From: Macrostomum lignano
Lineage: Eukaryota
Reading direction: 5' to 3'
DNA length: 64,000 bases
Assembly (NCBI GenBank): GCA_002269645.1
Contig: NIVC01001215.1
Coordinates: 148,022-212,021, forward strand
The position numbers and the translations under genes are program-made. The notes beneath the pieces are model-generated. The model did no database searches. It was not told the DNA's origin and saw nothing but the letters and a program-made list of their open reading frames with translations. Of this stretch, positions 33,610 through 44,800 are shown piece after piece; positions within the stretch are counted from its first letter, which is position 1, and every line of letters begins with the position of its first letter.

Positions 33610-34371
33610 CTACTGTTGACGTCCTCTGCCGGAGCCGCGGCCTCGACGAGTGGGTGGCGGTCGGGCAGTCGCAGCGTCGGTCTGAGCGGCGGCGGCAGCT
33701 TCTCGTACGGCGGCGCGAGCCGCAGCGCGGGCCTCCCGATCGGCGCCGGCCGTGCTGGCGAGTCGGCCCTGGCGACAGAGATTTAGGAACACAGGCGGGA
33801 CGCCTCGGCCCAGGGCGGCCGCGTATTCCGCGCCGAGATGCATCATCGATTCGACGAGGCCCAGTTGGGCGCCGGCCGTCTCGTGCGGGAGGCGCGCGCT
33901 CAGCAGCTCCGCAGCCATTAGGATGGCCCTGGACGCGGTGGCCTGGCCGTGCTGTTGCGCTAGCGCTCTCCAGGTGCAGCAGTCACTAGAATGCTGCCGG
34001 CCATCCGTATCCAGCTCCCAGAGGAGCCACTCGGCGAGCTGCTGGGCGCCCTCTACCGTGGGTCGGTGTTCCGCCGACCATGGCGCTGATAGTGTGCCGC
34101 TGGACCCGCTGGACCATTGGGCTGGCTGCGGCTGTGGCGGGGGCGACGGTGGCCGATGTACTTCGACGAAGCGGATTGCGTCCTGCAAGGGGTCCGCTTG
34201 GGCCGCATACACGTCGGCCAAGAATCCCTCAGGCCAATGGTCCGGGCTATTCGGCGGAACGAAAGGTTGAGGCGGCGCAGGCGGTCCGACGGGCTCGACC
34301 CTTGGCTGATCCACCGCGAAAAGTCGCTCAATCGGATCGTCGATCTCCCTATTCTCATGGCCGTTATACAT
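33610..34371 (-). CDS. Extra ORF (253 aa, unknown function) between pol and the 3' LTR
   Basis: ATG-initiated GC-rich ORF on the element's sense strand; Pro-rich N-half, helical core, Arg/Gly tail; no obvious signal peptide or TM helix. Confidence 0.6.
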   Translation of the reverse strand: MYNGHENREIDDPIERLFAVDQPRVEPVGPPAPPQPFVPPNSPDHWPEGFLADVYAAQADPLQDAIRFVEVHRPPSPPPQPQPAQWSSGSSGTLSAPWSAEHRPTVEGAQQLAEWLLWELDTDGRQHSSDCCTWRALAQQHGQATASRAILMAAELLSARLPHETAGAQLGLVESMMHLGAEYAAALGRGVPPVFLNLCRQGRLASTAGADREARAAARAAVREAAAAAQTDAATARPPPTRRGRGSGRGRQQ

Positions 34372-35416
34372 TGTTGCCGGAAAGTTGTCGATAGGATGGC
34401 TTGTTAATTTGCTGACAAGGCGCAGAGTCGCAAAACCAAAATTGAAAAAAAACAGAGCAGGAGAGTTGGGGCTTCAAATATATGGCTAACCACGCATCCG
34501 ATGGACAGGGTTTGTCCTTCCGATGGTGTGGGTCCGTCACCCCCCCCCATGCACTCTAACGAGGCACACAACGGAGGTGAGGTGGGTGAGTGAAAAGAGA
34601 GCAATAAAATTTGGCCGCGAGGAGGGGTCCAAAACCTCCTAACTTAACCGAAGGCGGCAGTGCCTTATTGATTAAAAGGGGCGCCTTAAACGGCTTACAT
34701 GAAAGGGGTAAGCGTTTGAGAAAAAGGGGAGCCTCGCAAACATTAGTTGAAACGATAAACTGATAAAATAGTGAGAGGCTAGCCAGCTCCTTCTGACTAA
34801 AATTATAACAGTAATTATAACCGTAATGAATAGCGTAGTGACCACTGAACAGGTTATCGTACGGGGGTCTCCATATGGAGTTACAACAAAAGAGCAAAAG
34901 AAACCGAGCCGAAATGAGGGGCTCTAACAAAATTTCCCAGGCCTAGCTGGCACGAACAATACAAAGAATAAACATATGGGGAAGAGATTCTCCTCAGGTG
35001 CCTTCCGCTGAAGACAAGACCTCGAGTTAGGGGTGCTTGTCCCGAACGGGGCAAAATTTCCGAATAAAAAATGGCAGAAGTACACACTTGCCGTTCATGT
35101 TTGAGACTGACAGGCTCACAATTCAGGCATGCTTTTCTCCTGAAAGCATAAGGCAAAAGAGAGAGACTTTCCGCACTTTGACAGGGTGCTAGGAAAGTTT
35201 TACAATTGATTGGGGCTTTCGCAGACTATTAAGACGCAGGGGAGCGATGATGCGGGTGAATAATATCGCGTTGGTGCAAGGCTTTTACCATTAAGCCTAA
35301 GGCTAAATATCAGACGCAGAGGTGCAGGTCGCATTGGATAAATATGCGCTCGAAATTGAGCATGAGCACCAAGTTTACAAATGCTTTTGACCAGAAAGCG
35401 TAAGGAGCAGAGATTG

Positions 35417-35753
35417 AAAATTAGTTGCTTTTGCCCTCAAGCATAAGGAAAGTACAGAAAATTAGTTGCTTTTGCCCTCAAGCATAAGGAAAGTACAGAA
35501 AAGTAATTGCTTTTGCCCTCAAGCATAAGGAAAGTACAGAAAATTAGTTGCTTTTGCCCTCAAGCATAAGGAAAGTACAGAAAATTAGTTGCTTTTGCCC
35601 TCAAGCATAAGGAAAGTACAGAAAATTAATTGCTTTTGCCCTCAAGCATAAGGAAAGTACAGAAAATTAATTGCTTTTGCCCTCAAGCATAAGGAAAGTA
35701 CAGAAAATTAATTGCTTTTGCCCTCAAGCATAAGGAAAGTACAGAAAATTAAT
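35417..35753. repeat. 41-bp tandem array, 8 copies, inside the retrotransposon
   Basis: TTAGTTGCTTTTGCCCTCAAGCATAAGGAAAGTACAGAAAA at 41-bp spacing from 35421. Confidence 0.95.
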
Positions 35754-35908
35754 TAACGAAAAATTGAAATTTGCTTTCAGCACAGAACGGGCGCAGAGAA
35801 AGCATACAGCGAAATCTAATTCAGGACGCGTTCGCAAACGGGACTACTCATAGTAATGCGCAACGTTAATTTATCTATTAGGCGCACAGAAATTCGCTGG
35901 TAATTACC

Positions 35909-38900
35909 TTAGAGTTCCACTTCCATGCCGACATCAGGTAGGTCCGGGTCGCCTTCAGCGAGCACTTCCGGATGACGCAAACTTGGCTCGAACAGCTGGC
36001 TGCCCCGCAGGTCGGGCTGAGCTGTGGTTGGCTGTACTTGCGCGTGCTGATCGGCGGAGTCGGCTTCGCTGTCGTTACTCGACTCATAGGGCAGCATTGG
36101 CCTCTCAGTCTGGCGCGGCGGCTCCTGTGGCCGGTCGGCCATCATCTGCGGCACCTTGATGATGTTATTGCGATGTACCAACATTTCAGCCGGGCGTCCT
36201 CGGCGAGCTGTCGCCGGTCTAATCCAGTACGCCACTTCTCCGACTTTCCTAACGACCTTGTACATGCTTTTGTAGGGCCGGTGGAATTTAGGCAGCTCTC
36301 CCAGTTCAAGCTTCGGGTTGGCCAGGCAGACAAGGTCGCCGGGCTGCAATTCCACGGGCTTAGGTCGATTTTCATAATATTCTTCACGGCGTTGGATCTC
36401 AGCTCGCAGACGTTGCCGTACAATGCGCTCAGTCTCGGCCAGTCGGCGCTGGTGCTTCGCGATGTATTCTGGGAGGTCAGCTGATACATCCAAGCGGTCT
36501 AGGGTGTTGTCGATAGGGTATCGATAAGGCATTCCGTAGACGACATAGTGCGGCGAGAAACCAGTAGTACGATTGACGGCTGATCGTAGTGCAGTCAAAG
36601 CGGCTGGCAGCATCTTGTCCCATTGCTGGTGGTCTTCTAGGAGACAAGTGAGCACCTTCTTGATATTCTTGTTACACGACTCGGCTTGTCCATTAGCCCA
36701 GGGCGAGTATGGCGGTGTCGTAGTCTGTCGTATGCCATAGACTTCGCAGAAATGTCGGAACTCATGCCCTGTGAACTGCTTGCCTTGATCAGAGTGAATC
36801 CACGCCGGGATTCCAGTGATCGGGAAGACCTGTTCCTGCAGGAGAGTTATGATCGTCTTGGCCCGCTGATTTTTCATGGCGAAGGCGAAGGGATATTTCG
36901 ACGTTGTGTCAACGTAGGTCAAGATGTACTTGTTTCCCCGGTCAGTAGGATCTCCAGTGGGGCCTAAGATATCAATCGCACATCGCCCATAGATTTCACA
37001 TACCGGAAACGATTGTACATGCGCCGGAATTCGTCGTCGCCCTTTGCTCTGCGTGCAAGTCTGGCAGGAAGCGACATAGTCGGACACTGCTTTAGCTAGG
37101 GCAGGTCGCCAGAATCTTTCGCGCACTTTTGCAATGGTGAGGTCTCGACCCATGTGTCCGCAGTACGGCGAGCCATGCAGGTCGGCTAACACCGTGGCGT
37201 CGAGACTTTTCGGCAAGACGATTCGCGCTATCTCCTCCTCGCCAACATCGTCGAGATGAATCACTAGTAGTCCGTCGTCTCGAACTTCGAGCTGCTCGTA
37301 AAACGCTAGCAAATTTCGCTCATCTCTTGTCATATTCAATCGCTGATTCAGCGGCGGCTTGGGTTGTCGACTTTCGATAAGGTTGATCACCATAGAGATG
37401 GCAGAGTCAGCACGCTGATGGGTCTGGAGCTCCTCGCGGGTGACTGGCCTCGGAATGTGATCAGTTAGATTCAAAGTTCGGCGTCGATCAGTAGGATTAG
37501 ACGGTGCGGCTTCGGCTGTGGCGACATGGTTCGGGGTCTGGAGCTCCCTACGCATGATGGCTACTTGGGCCGGTCGCCGTGTTGTCGATGTGTCCGAGGG
37601 TCGATCCTCGTCAGTGGCTTCGGCGTCACTGTCGCTCAATCCTGATTCGTCAGCAGATGAGAATGATGAGGCAGCACTATCAGCATCAAGGCTAAACCTC
37701 ACCTTCTTGAACCTTGGGCAGCGAGCGGGTTGGCAGCGGTCATCTCGGGCTGCACTGTGGTCGCTGTCCTCGCCCTCTCCAGCTCGTAGTCGGCGGCTCC
37801 TCGCGGGGCAACGTGTCGTGCTAACGAGACTAGTGGGCGATCGCTGCGAGTCCTTGTAACGACTGGCCGTTGGCCTTGGCTTCGTCGCCGGCGGGTGCAG
37901 CTCTGTCAGCGGCCTGCTGTCGGCTGTCGGTGTTGCTGGCGGCGTAGCCTCGCCGTTGGACTCCTTCGGCTTTGTCGGCGGTCGTCGTCGATTCCGGCGG
38001 GTCGATGGCTTCTTGCTCGGTGGAGGGCTAGGGTGGCTGCTGTCAAGGACCTTCGGCGCCGCTGCGCCAGTTATCGCGGCTGGCTGCTTACTTTGGTCCT
38101 CGTCTGCTGCCTCTCGCTGAGCCTCCTCCATGCATTCAGCGTCGTCCTCTGGCCGTCTCGATAGGCCGTCGGCATTCTGGTGCTGACTCGATTTGCGATG
38201 CTGGATCTCGAACTCGAATTCGCTTAGGCGCTGTAGCCATCGTCCAAAGATGCCTACTTGTTGAGTTCGCCGGAGAATCCAGGTCAACGCTGCGTGATCA
38301 GTTCGACAAATAAACTTCTTGGCCAGCAGGTAGAATCGGAAATGTCGCATGCCGTCTACAACTGCCAAGAGTTCCTGCTTTGTTATCGGATATCGCGCTT
38401 CAGCTGGTTTGAGTCGCCGGGAGAAATAGCCAATTGGTCGTTCGATTCCATCAGCTTGGCGCTGGCTCAGACATGCTCCGATTCTGGTCGCAGAAGCATC
38501 CGTGTCCAGGACAAACATGACGTTGGGGTCTTCGCTGAACTGCGGATACGCGAGCACTGAGGTCGAAGTCATGGCCGCTTTAAGCTGGTCGAACGCGTCT
38601 TGTTGGGCTTTCCCCCATAGACAGTTAAAGTTGCGAATTTTCTTCTCTTTAATTACATCGTGGAGTGGAGCTGCCAACTCTGCGTAGCCAGGTACAAATT
38701 TTGCATAGTAAGCACACGTGCAGACGAAACTTTTCAGTTGCCGGGCAGTTCTTGGTCTCGGCCAGGTTTGGATTGCTTCGATTTTCGCCGGATCGGTCTT
38801 GATGCCGTCTTTCGTAACTAGATGTCCCAAATAATGGAGGCTTTCCCGAAATAAATGACACTTCTTGCCTTTGAACTTTAAGTTAGCGCCTTGGACTCGT

Positions 38901-40492
38901 TTGAAGACTTCCTCCATATGTCGAAGATGGTCGTCGAATTTCTTGGAATACACGATGACGTCATCCAAATAGGCTATGGCACTTTTGTAGGCTATCCCTT
39001 GAAGTACAGCGTTCATGAGGCGCATGAAGCTGGCTGGTGCTGAACTTAATCCCATCGGCATAACATTGTAGGCAAATTGCCCTCTGTGCAGCGTAGCAAA
39101 GGCTGTCAGATCTTGGTCTTCTGGACGCAGAGGTATCTGATAATAACCGCTATTCAAGTCGAAGGTGCTAAATAGTTGACTTCCTTCGAGGCTGGCGAAT
39201 GCTTCTTGGATATTCGGTATCGGGTACGGAAAGTACTCACACTTCTGGTTCAGACTCCGGAAATCTTGTACAATTCTCAGGCTTCCGTCCTTCTTTGGGA
39301 TGATCACGAGCGGGGTGTTGTAATTCGAGAAGCTTGGTCGGATCACGCCTTTGGCAAGCAGATCATCTAGTAGCTGGTCCACTTTGGGCAACAGGTGCGG
39401 CGGAATCCGTCGGGTCGGCAGGTGTACAGGATCCTTATCCTTCAGTACGATGTTGTGGGTGACCAGGTGAGTTCGACCTAGATCGTGCGGTCCTTGGGAG
39501 AAGATGTTCTTGTACTTCTTCAGCAGCTTGATTACTTGAGCGCGCTGGTCACTGGACAAGTCCTCGCCGATATCGACCTCTTTAATCCAAGCATCCGGAT
39601 CTTCATCCTGAATCTGCTTGACAGAGACTTCTGGCTGTGGAAGCGGGTAGAATTGCAGTTCTGGCAGTCTAAGTGGTCTTGCAATCCCGATAAGTGCATT
39701 CGCTCGTACTTTAATAGATGTTGTACCGCGATTAATCATTTCGATTGCACCTTCACCATTGACCATAGATATTAGCGCAGGCGCAGCGTCCAGGTGCTGC
39801 ACCTCGTCTTCGCGTCTGGCTGGTTTCAGCGGCTCGATAACTGCCGGTGTTCCTTGATTGTCTTCACGCCCTTTAGCTAGCTTAATTCTAATTCGGGCCG
39901 ATGATAATGGTGGCACTGTGGTGCTTTCGGCCGTGTAGATTCTGCACGTGGTAGCTTCAGCTCGCGTGTAGCGGAGTGGGGCGGCTGTGCCGTTCTTGAA
40001 AAACAGCATCCCGGCTGCGAGGTCGAGGGAGTTGCTGTGCTTCTCCAGGAACTCGAAACCCAGGATGTTATCATGAGATCCTTGTGCTAGCAGAAAATTG
40101 ACTGTCGACTCGAAGTTGCCGATCTTCATCTTGATCGCAAGCTGTCCTGCCATCTTGATTGGTTCACCATTGTAGGTCACGATTCGCTCTAGACAGGGCT
40201 TGATTTGTCCACGCAGAGAGGGGTCGTCGATGCAGAGTCGGTGCCAAGTGCTGAATCCGAGGACCTCGCACTTAGAGCCAGTATCAAGCAAGAAAGCAAA
40301 ATAACGCCCATTAATCTCACCAGTTATAAACGGGTCTCTCCGAGGGCGCTTGGGTGCAGAGTTCTGTACAGGTGCGGAGGCGGTCTCAGCAGTAGCCTGC
40401 TGAGCGACTAAAGTCCGCGGCGGGGACTTTAGTGCTGGCTCGGCCGCTGGATGGCGCTGCCCCCGATGGCGCGTCCAGCCGTCGCGTTTCCC
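35909..40492 (-). CDS. pol: Pol polyprotein (protease, RT, RNase H, integrase), probably expressed by -1 frameshift from gag
   Basis: LLDTGS, YLDDV, DTDAS/TDHAAL, HGSPYCGH...CQTC, IDILGP...HSDQG...NGQAES; uninterrupted ORF. Confidence 0.96.
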   Translation of the reverse strand, partial: GKRDGWTRHRGQRHPAAEPALKSPPRTLVAQQATAETASAPVQNSAPKRPRRDPFITGEINGRYFAFLLDTGSKCEVLGFSTWHRLCIDDPSLRGQIKPCLERIVTYNGEPIKMAGQLAIKMKIGNFESTVNFLLAQGSHDNILGFEFLEKHSNSLDLAAGMLFFKNGTAAPLRYTRAEATTCRIYTAESTTVPPLSSARIRIKLAKGREDNQGTPAVIEPLKPARREDEVQHLDAAPALISMVNGEGAIEMINRGTTSIKVRANALIGIARPLRLPELQFYPLPQPEVSVKQIQDEDPDAWIKEVDIGEDLSSDQRAQVIKLLKKYKNIFSQGPHDLGRTHLVTHNIVLKDKDPVHLPTRRIPPHLLPKVDQLLDDLLAKGVIRPSFSNYNTPLVIIPKKDGSLRIVQDFRSLNQKCEYFPYPIPNIQEAFASLEGSQLFSTFDLNSGYYQIPLRPEDQDLTAFATLHRGQFAYNVMPMGLSSAPASFMRLMNAVLQGIAYKSAIAYLDDVIVYSKKFDDHLRHMEEVFKRVQGANLKFKGKKCHLFRESLHYLGHLVTKDGIKTDPAKIEAIQTWPRPRTARQLKSFVCTCAYYAKFVPGYAELAAPLHDVIKEKKIRNFNCLWGKAQQDAFDQLKAAMTSTSVLAYPQFSEDPNVMFVLDTDASATRIGACLSQRQADGIERPIGYFSRRLKPAEARYPITKQELLAVVDGMRHFRFYLLAKKFICRTDHAALTWILRRTQQVGIFGRWLQRLSEFEFEIQHRKSSQHQNADGLSRRPEDDAECMEEAQREAADEDQSKQPAAITGAAAPKVLDSSHPSPPPSKKPSTRRNRRRPPTKPKESNGEATPPATPTADSRPLTELHPPATKPRPTASRYKDSQRSPTSLVSTTRCPARSRRLRAGEGEDSDHSAARDDRCQPARCPRFKKVRFSLDADSAASSFSSADESGLSDSDAEATDEDRPSDTSTTRRPAQVAIMRRELQTPNHVATAEAAPSNPTDRRRTLNLTDHIPRPVTREELQTHQRADSAISMVINLIESRQPKPPLNQRLNMTRDERNLLAFYEQLEVRDDGLLVIHLDDVGEEEIARIVLPKSLDATVLADLHGSPYCGHMGRDLTIAKVRERFWRPALAKAVSDYVASCQTCTQSKGRRRIPAHVQSFPVCEIYGRCAIDILGPTGDPTDRGNKYILTYVDTTSKYPFAFAMKNQRAKTIITLLQEQVFPITGIPAWIHSDQGKQFTGHEFRHFCEVYGIRQTTTPPYSPWANGQAESCNKNIKKVLTCLLEDHQQWDKMLPAALTALRSAVNRTTGFSPHYVVYGMPYRYPIDNTLDRLDVSADLPEYIAKHQRRLAETERIVRQRLRAEIQRREEYYENRPKPVELQPGDLVCLANPKLELGELPKFHRPYKSMYKVVRKVGEVAYWIRPATARRGRPAEMLVHRNNIIKVPQMMADRPQEPPRQTERPMLPYESSNDSEADSADQHAQVQPTTAQPDLRGSQLFEPSLRHPEVLAEGDPDLPDVGMEVEL

Positions 40493-41835
40493 GAGCTGCT
40501 GCTGCGCTGGGGCGCGTTGCTGGCCGACCGTCGATGCGGGCACTCTTCAGCGCGATGCTCCCGGTTGCACCTGTAGCACATTGCACTCTGGCGTCTTAGC
40601 TGATAAGGCGGCGGTCTCGAACTCGGCTGCGGCGGCTGTTGCGGCTGTTGCGGCTGCTGCTGCTGCTGTCGCCGTCCTCCTGCCGGTGGCGTCCTTGGCG
40701 GCGGAATGCTGCCGTCCCGCGGTTGCTGAAGCTGATGGAACTGTTGATGCTGCACATTGCGTGTGCCGTTTGTCGCAAATTGAGCGCTTCCTTCAGCGCT
40801 GCGGCGAGGAGTCATGGGTACCAGACATCGGTTGCGCTGGCCCCAGGAGTCCCGCGGCTGGTGGCGAGCAGGTTCATATGGCTCCGGGGTGTCGTTATCT
40901 CGCGATCCCCGTGAGTAGAACTCTCGCATCTCATTGCTCAGGGCTTCTAGTAGACGTCGCTGCTCCTGCAGTGTCTCTGACTGTTGCTCCATCACTTCTC
41001 GCAACCAATTTTCCTCGGGCCGAGGTGACTTGTCGTGTTGCACTCCAGTTGGTGGCTGACAGTCGTCATCCTCGAGAACCCGTACATGTCTCGCGGCCGG
41101 CGGCGGTGCTACTCGCTGAGCCAGGCTCGCTGCTGTCTCTAGGCGTAGCACTGCCCTTCTCGCTGCGGTTAGATTCTGCGGCCGTACCAGGATTAGCTGC
41201 TCTCTGGCTGACTGGGCGATTCGCACTCCGACCGTGAACTGGTCCACCAGTTCGGCCTGCTTCTGAACTGGGGTGAAGTGCGGGAATGCTCTATCAGCCA
41301 GAGCAATTAATCGGTCACCGTAGTCGTCGACACTCTCGTTTTTTCCTTGCTGGCAGCATCGGAACTGCTCCCGGTACTCCAGCGTGTCGGCCACGTGCGT
41401 GAAGCGCTCGGACAACCTCTGCTTGAACTCGCCAAACGTCAGATTGTCCGGCAGTTCCATCCTGACGACTGCGGGATATGTGGTGGCGATGTCCAGATTT
41501 ACTAGGACTTCCGCCTTCTTTCGTCTGTCGTCCATGATCCCGTTGAGCTCACAACGCTCCTCGAGAGCCTGGATCCAGACGTTGAAATCCTGGTTTGGAG
41601 TGTACCGCTGAATCTTAACCGGTTTTGGCACTGGAGCTCGGTCCGGCTGTTGGGGCGGCTGGTACACGTGGTGATGGTGTTGTGGCTGACCCAAATTAGC
41701 CTGCTCCAGTCGTCGTCGCACCTCTTCGGTCACCGCGCGGATCATCTCGTCGTAGGTAGGTCTTGTAGATGAATTGTCCGGGCCCGCGGCGTCGGTTGTC
41801 GCGTCCGCGGCCGTTGAGTTAGTAGTCGAAGCCAT
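40429..41835 (-). CDS. gag: Gag protein with C-terminal CX2CX3HX4C knuckle
   Basis: MASTTNST start at 41835, just downstream of the PBS; capsid-like FTHVADTLEYREQFRCCQQGKNESVDDY; CYRCNREHRAEEC. Confidence 0.9.
   Translation of the reverse strand: MASTTNSTAADATTDAAGPDNSSTRPTYDEMIRAVTEEVRRRLEQANLGQPQHHHHVYQPPQQPDRAPVPKPVKIQRYTPNQDFNVWIQALEERCELNGIMDDRRKKAEVLVNLDIATTYPAVVRMELPDNLTFGEFKQRLSERFTHVADTLEYREQFRCCQQGKNESVDDYGDRLIALADRAFPHFTPVQKQAELVDQFTVGVRIAQSAREQLILVRPQNLTAARRAVLRLETAASLAQRVAPPPAARHVRVLEDDDCQPPTGVQHDKSPRPEENWLREVMEQQSETLQEQRRLLEALSNEMREFYSRGSRDNDTPEPYEPARHQPRDSWGQRNRCLVPMTPRRSAEGSAQFATNGTRNVQHQQFHQLQQPRDGSIPPPRTPPAGGRRQQQQQPQQPQQPPQPSSRPPPYQLRRQSAMCYRCNREHRAEECPHRRSASNAPQRSSSSGNATAGRAIGGSAIQRPSQH
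40446..40492 (-). promoter_or_regulatory. Putative -1 ribosomal frameshift signal (G GGA AAC + downstream stem)
   Basis: Slippery heptamer at 40492-40486 in the gag frame leads into the pol frame; GCTGGA/TCCAGC stem starts 6 nt downstream. Confidence 0.75.
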
Positions 41836-44800
41836 AACGTAGATTCTGAACGACTCGTCGAATGGGTTTTGGCGTTTCGTTATCCCACTTAGCTGACCAC
41901 CAGTGAGGTGGGGGTGGAGAAGAACTTTCTTAGAACGGTTGTTTTTTGAATTTGCTGACACCAGTGAGGTGGGGCGGATTCCTCGTTTGAATTGCCGCCG
42001 GCGTTGAGTTCGCACGAATAAAACCGGAAAAACGCGCAGACGAATCACAACGAAATTTCTTCTCCTGTCTTACTCCGACAGCCGGGTTCTCAAGTCCGGG
42101 GGGAGGGTAGTTGTAATCGTAGTCGAGCGGTCGTATAGCGGCCCGGTCGTTCAGATCCGTAGACTCAATCGGTCTTGACACCGTAAAGCTGCTTTTGAAT
42201 TGTCGTACTGATTACTGTCAGTAGAGTAGCGCTGCCACCACCGTAATTTGATCCGTATTACGGAACGTTGGGACCTCAGAGCTCGCTTAAAGTTGAGATC
42301 GATTCGGTTGTTTAACGCCCCACGGGCAAATGACTCAAGATAACTGTTATGGGCTTCGATGCTTGAACAACTTATTTTAATTATTACTGGGTTTATTTAT
42401 TGAGCAGGCTGGGTTGCTGGTTAAATTAGAAAAATTATTTGAAACAAAACCGACGGTGATCGCGGCCGGTGCCGGGTGCCAATTGCACTAACCAAGAAAC
42501 TTAAAACACCAAACTACGTTAAACCAACAAAGAAAACAAAACCTAAAACAAAACCAAGAGGAAGAAAGGAAGGAAGGGAGGAGGAAGAAGAAGAATAATA
42601 ACAGGCGGCCCGAATTGGCCATATATAAATAGAGGGAGTGTCGCCCGGACAGGGATGGGGCAACAGATGGGGCAACAAGGCAAGGGATGGGGCAGAGAAT
42701 GGGGCAAAAGATGGGGCAACGGACGGCAACAAAGCCGGGAACGGAGAAAAACAAAACTTAGAGCATCGGCAAAAGATGGGGCGAGGGATGGGGCATGGGA
42801 CGGCGCACCGGGTGACAAAATACAACGAGTCATAGCGGTGATGTCACCCGTCTCACGAAACATTCTTGCTCGGAGTGGTAGCTCGCCCTACCACAGTGTC
42901 GTAGAAAATATGAAAATATTATCAGTAGTTTTTTTCAGTCTTATTAGGCTAGGCCTATACGCTCGTAGCCTCGTACATCAGTACCAAAAACTTGCCATGT
43001 TGTACAACCTAGTCCTAGTTATTCGTCCCTATTGTAGAATATTATTAGAAACAACATGCTTTTGTTCACTGTTTTTTATATTAGTCCCTATATTAATTTA
43101 ATATTAGTATTAATATAATGGTGCTCAATAGCCTAAGCCAAGCCTCTAGGCTCAAGTTGCTCAATTGCATGCTCAGTCTCATCTTTGTTAATTGGCTAGC
43201 ATAATTTATGTCAACTTTCATTATCAACAGACAACAAGACAAAACCAAATGAATTCTAGAAGTAGTCATTTTTTTAGAAAACTTAAAACTATTTGTATTA
43301 TGAAATATTGTTGAGCTAATATTAATAATAAATGCAATTGTTATTTTCATAACAAAATTGTTTTTTTATTGTCAATGCATAAAATGGTTTTGTAACATTA
43401 CAAAAAAGACATCTCATTATTAAAACTCTGCATGGCTTCTAGCAGATGAAAAAGAAGCAGATGAACTGATAGCGCACCTATAAAAAATATGCTTGAACGA
43501 TTTAAACATACTAGGCTTATATAGGCCTTAAGTTTTAACTATATAAATATTAACTGTATAAATATTAACTGTTAGTTTTAGTCAACAGTTTGTAGGCTTA
43601 TATAGGCTTATAAAAAGCAAAATGGTTATGAATATTTTATAGTCATGAGAAAAAAATTAGTTATATTAATGGTTAAAAATTAGAAGGGGGTATATTTAAT
43701 AAGCTAGCTATGGTTTATGACAAGAACCACTAAAAGTGACCATTGTATTAATATATCTTTAAAATTTAGTAAGACTTTTCTTAGTCTTATTATTAGCATT
43801 GTAAGTTAGCTACTTAATTTAGATAATATTTGTTTTATATGTTAACCATAAAAAACCATTTTGCTATTTATATAGTCATTATAACAATAAGGACCTAACA
43901 ACTACTAATAATATTATTAAAATAAATCAAAATATAATAAAGCTTATACCTAGTCTTAAACCATATTTAAAGGGCTTTGTAATTATATAGCTTTGCTTTT
44001 TCTACATGCTTTACTTTAAATATTTTTCTTTCTTTGCTTTAACTTTTTAATGCTTTTTTCTTTAATTGTTATTTTATCATTCTATAATTTAAATATATAT
44101 TTAGAAATTATTTTCCTTTCTTAGATTTTCTTAGTTTTTGTATTATATATATTTATTTATTTTAAATATTTGATTGTTTAAATGTTTTGTCTGTCAAATA
44201 TAATATTTGATTTTAAATGTTTTGTTGTACATTTTATATTTGCCTTGTGTTTTGGGTGCCTAGTTGATCAATTTTTAAGATATGTCTTAGTGATTATGCT
44301 ATTATCTTGATTATATACTAGCTAGGTTAGGTCTAGCAAAGTCAAATATTGCTATAATATTCATATATAGGCCCTAGTTATTTAGTGACAATCTTTTTAT
44401 ACTTTTGTAAATTTCAAAAATAGATTTTAACTTAATATTAACTTAATGTTGAAATAGGGCCTTTAATCTTTCATTCTAAGATATAGTTTATTCTAAAATA
44501 TATATAGCTTATTTTAGGCTATAATTAATTTATTTAACTTTCTTATTAATTCTGCCAAGTTGCATTTAATAGTTAATATAATCAGTCAATATTTTCAAAA
44601 TCAATCAATCAAAATCAAATCAATTAACTCAATATAGTCAATATTTAATCTAGATTAAAATCTAGATCTAGATTTGCATATAGATTTGCATATATTTAGA
44701 AGTAAAGCTAAAATGTGTTGATCACTATATTTAATAAACAGAAATTTATTGTTTTTAAAAAATTATTTTAAAATCATTTAAGTCAATTTTATTAAATAAT

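Larger units (their letters stand above)
28767..42895 (-). mobile_element. Full-length Ty3/Gypsy LTR retrotransposon (3' LTR split by a nested TIR element)
   Basis: 5' LTR 41904-42895 (992 bp); 3' LTR 28767-28829 + 32633-33561 (992 bp); TG...CA ends; 4-bp TSD GTGT (28763-28766, 42896-42899); tRNA-Leu-like PBS at 41902-41882; intact gag and pol in PR-RT-RH-IN order. Confidence 0.96.

Noticed and set aside
33610-34371. env gene
   Set aside because: No signal peptide, furin site or transmembrane segment.
35417-35753. CRISPR-like array
   Set aside because: Units are contiguous with no unique spacers, the context is eukaryotic and no cas genes are present; the same holds for the other tandem arrays.
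41836-42048. N-terminal extension of gag as called by the ORF track
   Set aside because: Starts inside the LTR at a non-ATG codon and crosses the PBS; ATG 41835 is the more plausible start.
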